Positions 59,246-64,000 of a stretch of DNA of 64,000 nucleotides are shown here, piece by piece. The stretch is from NCBI GenBank assembly GCA_012862495.1, contig BLSG01000394.1, positions 2,443 to 66,442 of the forward strand, read 5' to 3'. Each line of letters opens with the position of its first letter. Positions within the stretch are counted from its first letter, which is position 1. The position numbers and the translations under genes were made by a program. This stretch comes from Thraustochytrium aureum. Its lineage: Eukaryota. The notes beneath the pieces were generated by a model. That model did not search any database. It was not told the DNA's origin and saw nothing but the letters and a program-made list of their open reading frames with translations.

Positions 59246-61729
59246 ATGGACGGACTCGTGCGCCGCAGCCGAGAGCGCCTGGGGAGGCGCATGCAGGTGG
59301 AGAGACGGGGAGGCGACGGGGCGCATGCAGGCGCTTCGGCTCGGCGGGGCGGGCTGTTTATGCGCGCGTTGGAGGCAATGGCGGGGCAAGGCGGCGAGCA
59401 GGAAGGCGATGCGGTGGAGCGGACGCAGCTGTCGCTCAAGGTGCTCAAGGAGCGCGTGAGGCGCATGGAGGCGCCCAAGCAAAATGTGGATCTGAACGAG
59501 ACGAGGTACAAGGTGGTTCGTCGCTGCTGCCAAGCGCTTGGCTGGGGCGAGGCCTCGGGGGCAAGGAGCGCGTACAGCCTCGCGTGGGTTGACTGTGGCG
59601 GGATCACGGGCGAGACCAGCATGGCCCAGCTCAATCCACTGCAGAAGATCAACCATCTTCCCGGAATGTCCAAAATCTGCCAAAAATGCAAGCTCGCGCT
59701 CACCTTCAATCGGCTGACGCGCGAGTTTCCCGACTTGTACGACTTTCACCCGCGCACTTTCTGTCTCCCGAAGGAAAAGGAGAGTCTGCGCAAATGGTGG
59801 CAACTGGAGTTTGTCAAACGCAAGCATCGCCCGATTCTGATCGTCAAACCGGACGGCGGTTGCCAAGGGCAGGGCATCTTTCTGACGAACGAGCTCAAGG
59901 AGCTGGACGAGGTCGAGGAAGAAGGAGGCGGCCTCACGGCAGTACAAGAGTACCTTGGGCGGCCGTACCTGATTGATGGGTACAAGTTTGACTTGCGAAT
60001 ATACGTCGTGGTGACCTCCTGTGTGCCGGAGATCCGCGCATTTGTTCACCAAGACGGGCTCGTGCGGTTTTGCACGGAGAAGTACTGCCGACCGCGCAAG
60101 AGCAACCTCAAAGAGCGATACATGCATCTGACAAACTATGCGATCAACAAGTGGAACGACAACTACCGCGCAGATGAGGCGCCAAAAGCTGCGAGCCCCG
60201 ACAGCGCCAGCGGAGACCACCCTACGCGACTTGCGGCAGCGCAGGCTGTCGCAGCAGCAGCGGCGGCAGTGGGCCTCGGCGACCTGTTTCGGCCAAATCT
60301 AGACACGGAGTCTTTCGAGAGCGGCTCGAGCTCGCCCTCTTACCCCTGCGGCGCTCGCCAAAATAGCCAACATGGCTCGAGCCACGAGCGCGCCGACGGA
60401 GTTGGCGACGAAGAGAGAGCAAAGGAGGGTCGGCGCTCGGAAGGTGCGCCGTGCGGACCAGAAACAAGTGGTGCTTGCGAGCAGGATGCGGGGCAAACCG
60501 AGTCCAAATGGCACTTGGACCGGCTCTACAGTCTTTTGGAGAGCAAGGGCCGCGATGTCGCTGGTCTGAAAGCCGAGATCAACAACATAATCTGCAAGAC
60601 TCTCCTGTCGATTCAGCCGAGTCTGGCCCAGGAGTACCGCGCCTGCTTCCCGTCTGAAGGTACAATGGCCGACTCTGCGCACGGGTTCAGGTGCTTTGAA
60701 GTCTTGGGGTTTGATGTGATGCTCGACAGCGAGCTCAAACCGTGGGTTATTGAGGTCAATCACTCCCCCTCGCTTCACATAGATTCTGAGCTCGACACAC
60801 GAGTCAAGACGCGCGTCATCAACGACTCACTGCTGCTGAGCTGCGTGGATGCAGACGACCTCCTCGCCGGCGCACCGAACAAGCGGCCCACAACTTTGCT
60901 TGGGCAGAAGGAGAAGATGGCGCAGATTTTGGCGCGGCGAAGCAAGCCGCGGGGTGCGACTGCGCAGGGTAGTGCGGTCGCCAGTGCGACGGCCGTCGAC
61001 GGCTGCGATGGCGAGACGGGCGGCGATGCTGCGGCCAACACGAGCTCCTCGCCTAGTTGGTTGGCCGGAAACCAGCAGCAGTCTGAAGCCGCCGTAGCAG
61101 CTGCTGCTCTCGCCCACAAGCAAGACGTCGCTTCGCGCGAGAGCGAAGCGCTGGATCGGCAGCTAGCAGAGTTGCGCACGAGTTTTGAAGACGGCCATTG
61201 TGGCGGGTTCATGCGCATTTTGCCCTTTGCTGGGGACCACCCGCACGCGGCCGACTATGCTAAAATCCAAGCCTATAAGCCGCCGTTGTTCAAAGAGTCT
61301 CCACTGACTCAGCGGCGGCGCGAGGCGATTGTGACCCAGAGGAGGAGAATGGAAGCCGTGAAGCTGCGCCATCGCGCACTCGTTGGCGACAGGCCCGCTT
61401 GGGGGTCCAGCAAGCCGACACTGGGGGGCGGCTCTGCAGATTCAAACGCGAGCCTCACAAAGCTCCGTCAAGCGCTGTTGCAGAGCCGACGAAATGGACT
61501 CGGGGCCAGCCCTGGGGATGGAAGTGGCGCAGCCGGCTCTGGGGAGCCGGGTAGCCGGCCACTTCCGCGTGTTGCGAATCTCAAGCCGTACATGCGAACT
61601 CTACAACGACGCAGCCGTGAGGAGCGCGACTCGCCACGCCGCGAAGGCGTCGGCATTGCTCGGCCTGGAGGCCCCGTGCGCGAGACCTGCGTTGTTCGCG
61701 TCCAAACTCTCTCGCTCGGCATCCTTTGA
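59246..61729 (+). CDS. Tubulin polyglutamylase, TTLL6/TTLL13-like (start Met uncertain, 59246-59378)
   Basis: QKINHLPGM, FHPRTFCLP, IVKPDGGCQGQGIFL, VQEYLGRPYLIDGYKFDLRIYV, GLVRFCTEKY, MHLTNYAINK and CFEVLGFDVMLDSELKPWVIEVNHSPS. Confidence 0.92.
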   Translation: MDGLVRRSRERLGRRMQVERRGGDGAHAGASARRGGLFMRALEAMAGQGGEQEGDAVERTQLSLKVLKERVRRMEAPKQNVDLNETRYKVVRRCCQALGWGEASGARSAYSLAWVDCGGITGETSMAQLNPLQKINHLPGMSKICQKCKLALTFNRLTREFPDLYDFHPRTFCLPKEKESLRKWWQLEFVKRKHRPILIVKPDGGCQGQGIFLTNELKELDEVEEEGGGLTAVQEYLGRPYLIDGYKFDLRIYVVVTSCVPEIRAFVHQDGLVRFCTEKYCRPRKSNLKERYMHLTNYAINKWNDNYRADEAPKAASPDSASGDHPTRLAAAQAVAAAAAAVGLGDLFRPNLDTESFESGSSSPSYPCGARQNSQHGSSHERADGVGDEERAKEGRRSEGAPCGPETSGACEQDAGQTESKWHLDRLYSLLESKGRDVAGLKAEINNIICKTLLSIQPSLAQEYRACFPSEGTMADSAHGFRCFEVLGFDVMLDSELKPWVIEVNHSPSLHIDSELDTRVKTRVINDSLLLSCVDADDLLAGAPNKRPTTLLGQKEKMAQILARRSKPRGATAQGSAVASATAVDGCDGETGGDAAANTSSSPSWLAGNQQQSEAAVAAAALAHKQDVASRESEALDRQLAELRTSFEDGHCGGFMRILPFAGDHPHAADYAKIQAYKPPLFKESPLTQRRREAIVTQRRRMEAVKLRHRALVGDRPAWGSSKPTLGGGSADSNASLTKLRQALLQSRRNGLGASPGDGSGAAGSGEPGSRPLPRVANLKPYMRTLQRRSREERDSPRREGVGIARPGGPVRETCVVRVQTLSLGIL

Positions 61730-62219
61730 CGCTTTCGACTAGCCTCAGCCAGCGCTTTTCGGGCAGAGCCCGCGGCGCAAAGCGTAGCGCCCACGAAGGA
61801 GTCTCTAGAGCTAGAGAGGAAGGTAAATCTCGCTCGCGCGAGTTCTTGGCTCCTCTCTCGGCTACCAGGTACTCATGGAGCCGTCGTTGTCGTTGTACAG
61901 AAGTCGATTTTCAAATTATCGATACTGCTTGGCTGGACAGCCTCGAGCGCGTTGCCATTGCCGTGGCTCTGCTGCTTTCGTGTCGGGCAGGACGCGAGCC
62001 GTCTTGATTGAGCAAGATCCTTTTGGCAAGAACACAAGTAAGACGAAACGAAAAAGCACATTTGGCGCCATCAAATGCCAGGTTTTCTTCTGCCCGGCCC
62101 AGCGTTCTCTCTCTCGTTTCAGAGCCATGCTCTGCCTGTAGCTCGAGGGAGCACGGCGAAGGATTGTCCGAACATGCGCAGCAGCGCCATTGTGCGAGCA
62201 GAGCAGCACTCGCTAGTCG

Positions 62220-63668
62220 CTAGTCTCTGCTGACCTTGGGCGCGCGGACCAGACCACCAGCCCCAGGTAGCACGCCGCTGTCAGCAAGCGTGGAGAGCTT
62301 GAAGTAGGTGCTGTGCTGGGACATGAACTGGTGACCCAGGATTCCTAGTGAAAGGGTCTGCAGCAGAATGACGCCAGTCGTGACCACGCGGTGGCGCAGA
62401 TAATGCGCAAACATGCCAGCGATGAAGACGAGGAGCGGAAAGCTCAAGAACCAGAGCCCCCCGAAGAGCATCAGTCGCTTCATAAAGGCCACCAAACGGT
62501 CCCCGCCCCGACGCGCCTGACCCTGGATGGTAAAGTGCAGACTGGCCACAAATGCCACGCCAAGAACAAATCGGATGAAGACAAGAATCCTCCCCGGTGT
62601 GCTCTCATGATCATGGAACTTTGAGAAATCGTCATCGTAGCTCTTGTTGGCGATCTGGAGCAGCATCGAGACAACGACGAGCAAAATCAGGCCGAAGATG
62701 GCCACGTTGGGTCCCTTGAGAAGAGAGCTTGGGTTGCTCAGCATGGTGGCGACGCTGTTGGCGCGCGCGTCGTCCGAGGCGGTCTCTACGAGTGTCCATC
62801 CAGACGCGAGGCAGATGAGAACGAACGAGATGATGGTCTGGGAGAGGCCCTCGAAAATCTCGCTGAGAAGGTCGAGCATGTAGATGCCCATGCCGTTGTA
62901 CTTGTACACGTAGAGGTGGCCGAGCTCGCACGCGAAGGAGACGAGCTGGAACAGGTAGGCGGACAGCAAGAGGCGCACCACGAGGTGGACCTTTTTCGTC
63001 TCCTCAACGTGAGCCTTCAGCAGCGTTATCAGGTACACGAGGAAGGCGGCCATCGCCACAAAGGTGAAAAGGTACATCTTTGGGAGGCCGTGCTCGTCCG
63101 CTGGAAGGTGTGTGCTCCCCGGGTTGTACAGGTGGAGCTCGAACGACATCGGTGGCACCTTGGCGTTGTACTGCTCGAGCGCGCAGTCGGCGACGATTAC
63201 GAACCAGCCGCGAGTGCGCACGTGGTGCTCGATCACCCAAGTGAACTCCCACTCGACCATGCCGTCTTGAAGCTCGCGGAGCGCAGAGTGGTTGGCGCGG
63301 CCGATGCCCACGTGCAAGATGTCGCGGTGGCTCTGCGTCACCTTTCCGATTGGGATCATTGAAGTTGCAAGCTCAACCTTGTCGGTGCACGCTGGGGCAG
63401 AGTGGTACTTGTCCCAGGTGTCGTCCATGAACAAGTAGAGCGCGGGGGAGGTCATCCACGTATGGGGGTCCTTGTAGGTGAACTTGCCGTCGATCTTGCT
63501 TTCTCCGACGGCAAAGCTGTACTTTGTCATTTCGTACTCGGGCCCGCTGTCAAAGTCGCCCGCCTCCAGTTGAAACGTGCCGCGGACCGTCTTGGCCAGC
63601 GCCGCGTCGTTGCCCAGCAGCGCGACCACGGTCGTCGCGGCGGCCGCCGCACTCGCAAGCCGGCCCAT
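62220..63668 (-). CDS. GPR180/TMEM145-family seven-TM protein with luminal N-terminal domain
   Basis: Signal peptide, RTRGWFVIVADC, NPGSTHLPADEHGL, seven hydrophobic helices, LICLASGWTL and FHDHESTPG. Confidence 0.85.
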   Translation of the reverse strand: MGRLASAAAAATTVVALLGNDAALAKTVRGTFQLEAGDFDSGPEYEMTKYSFAVGESKIDGKFTYKDPHTWMTSPALYLFMDDTWDKYHSAPACTDKVELATSMIPIGKVTQSHRDILHVGIGRANHSALRELQDGMVEWEFTWVIEHHVRTRGWFVIVADCALEQYNAKVPPMSFELHLYNPGSTHLPADEHGLPKMYLFTFVAMAAFLVYLITLLKAHVEETKKVHLVVRLLLSAYLFQLVSFACELGHLYVYKYNGMGIYMLDLLSEIFEGLSQTIISFVLICLASGWTLVETASDDARANSVATMLSNPSSLLKGPNVAIFGLILLVVVSMLLQIANKSYDDDFSKFHDHESTPGRILVFIRFVLGVAFVASLHFTIQGQARRGGDRLVAFMKRLMLFGGLWFLSFPLLVFIAGMFAHYLRHRVVTTGVILLQTLSLGILGHQFMSQHSTYFKLSTLADSGVLPGAGGLVRAPKVSRD

Positions 63669-63796
63669 CTCGTGTCGTCCTGTGCTGCAGTGGCGCGCTG
63701 CTCAGCAGCCGTTTGCCAGCACGCGGCCAGCGGCGCGGGCCTCGCTCGCTCGCGGCAGTCCGTGCCTCTGGGCTCCTTTGTCCTCTGGCCTGGGCG

Positions 63797-63797
63797 G

Positions 63798-63829
<32 letters not shown>

Positions 63830-63850
63830 CGTGCGTGCGTGCGTGCGTGT
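63797..63850. repeat. Compound microsatellite (GCCT)n(GCGT)n upstream of the GPR180/TMEM145-family gene
   Basis: Read directly. Confidence 0.9.
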
Positions 63851-64000
63851 GGGCTGCTGCTGCCACGTCGCCGCTCTGCCAACTGCCGGAGATACTGCTC
63901 GCTCGTTGATCAATCAAAAGCAAAATGATGAAATGAAACACTTCTTGCTACCGACTCACCAGAGTAGAGTAGTTTGCTATGCAGGAGGGTGAGCAACGGA

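Noticed and set aside
1..64000. rRNA, tRNA, intact transposase, reverse transcriptase, integrase or viral genes
   Set aside because: No recognisable motifs seen by eye; small ncRNAs cannot be excluded without tRNAscan-SE/Infernal.

Overview
GC-rich, gene-dense eukaryotic scaffold with short GT-AG introns, many N gaps and repeated indel errors, mostly in homopolymer runs. No prokaryotic features, rRNA, tRNA or CRISPR-cas were seen. The gene style (few introns, P/T/S-rich mucin-like stalks, flagellar genes, lipid genes) suggests a flagellated stramenopile protist such as a thraustochytrid; this is inference only. About 20 genes can be supported: a TMEM151-like protein, a TKL kinase with inverted receptor topology, a bubblegum-type acyl-CoA synthetase, a PKG-like kinase, IQCA1/DRC11, DDB1, a sterol glucosyltransferase flanked by two paralogous orphan tail-anchored proteins, RCHY1-like, a RING-PHD-TFIIS-N-like protein, TBC1D23, a split zinc-finger orphan, a sterol desaturase/fatty-acid hydroxylase, a ~4,700-aa Cys-repeat single-pass membrane giant, a CEP164-N/WW + DM10 protein, a TTLL6-like glutamylase and a GPR180/TMEM145-family protein. 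The main unexplained signals are a nine-copy, same-strand ATYCRAGTG motif array with unique spacers and ~30/60-bp spacing (5254-5640), the orphan paralog pair around the glucosyltransferase, and the giant surface protein next to ciliary genes. All family assignments come from recalled motifs; no searches were run.
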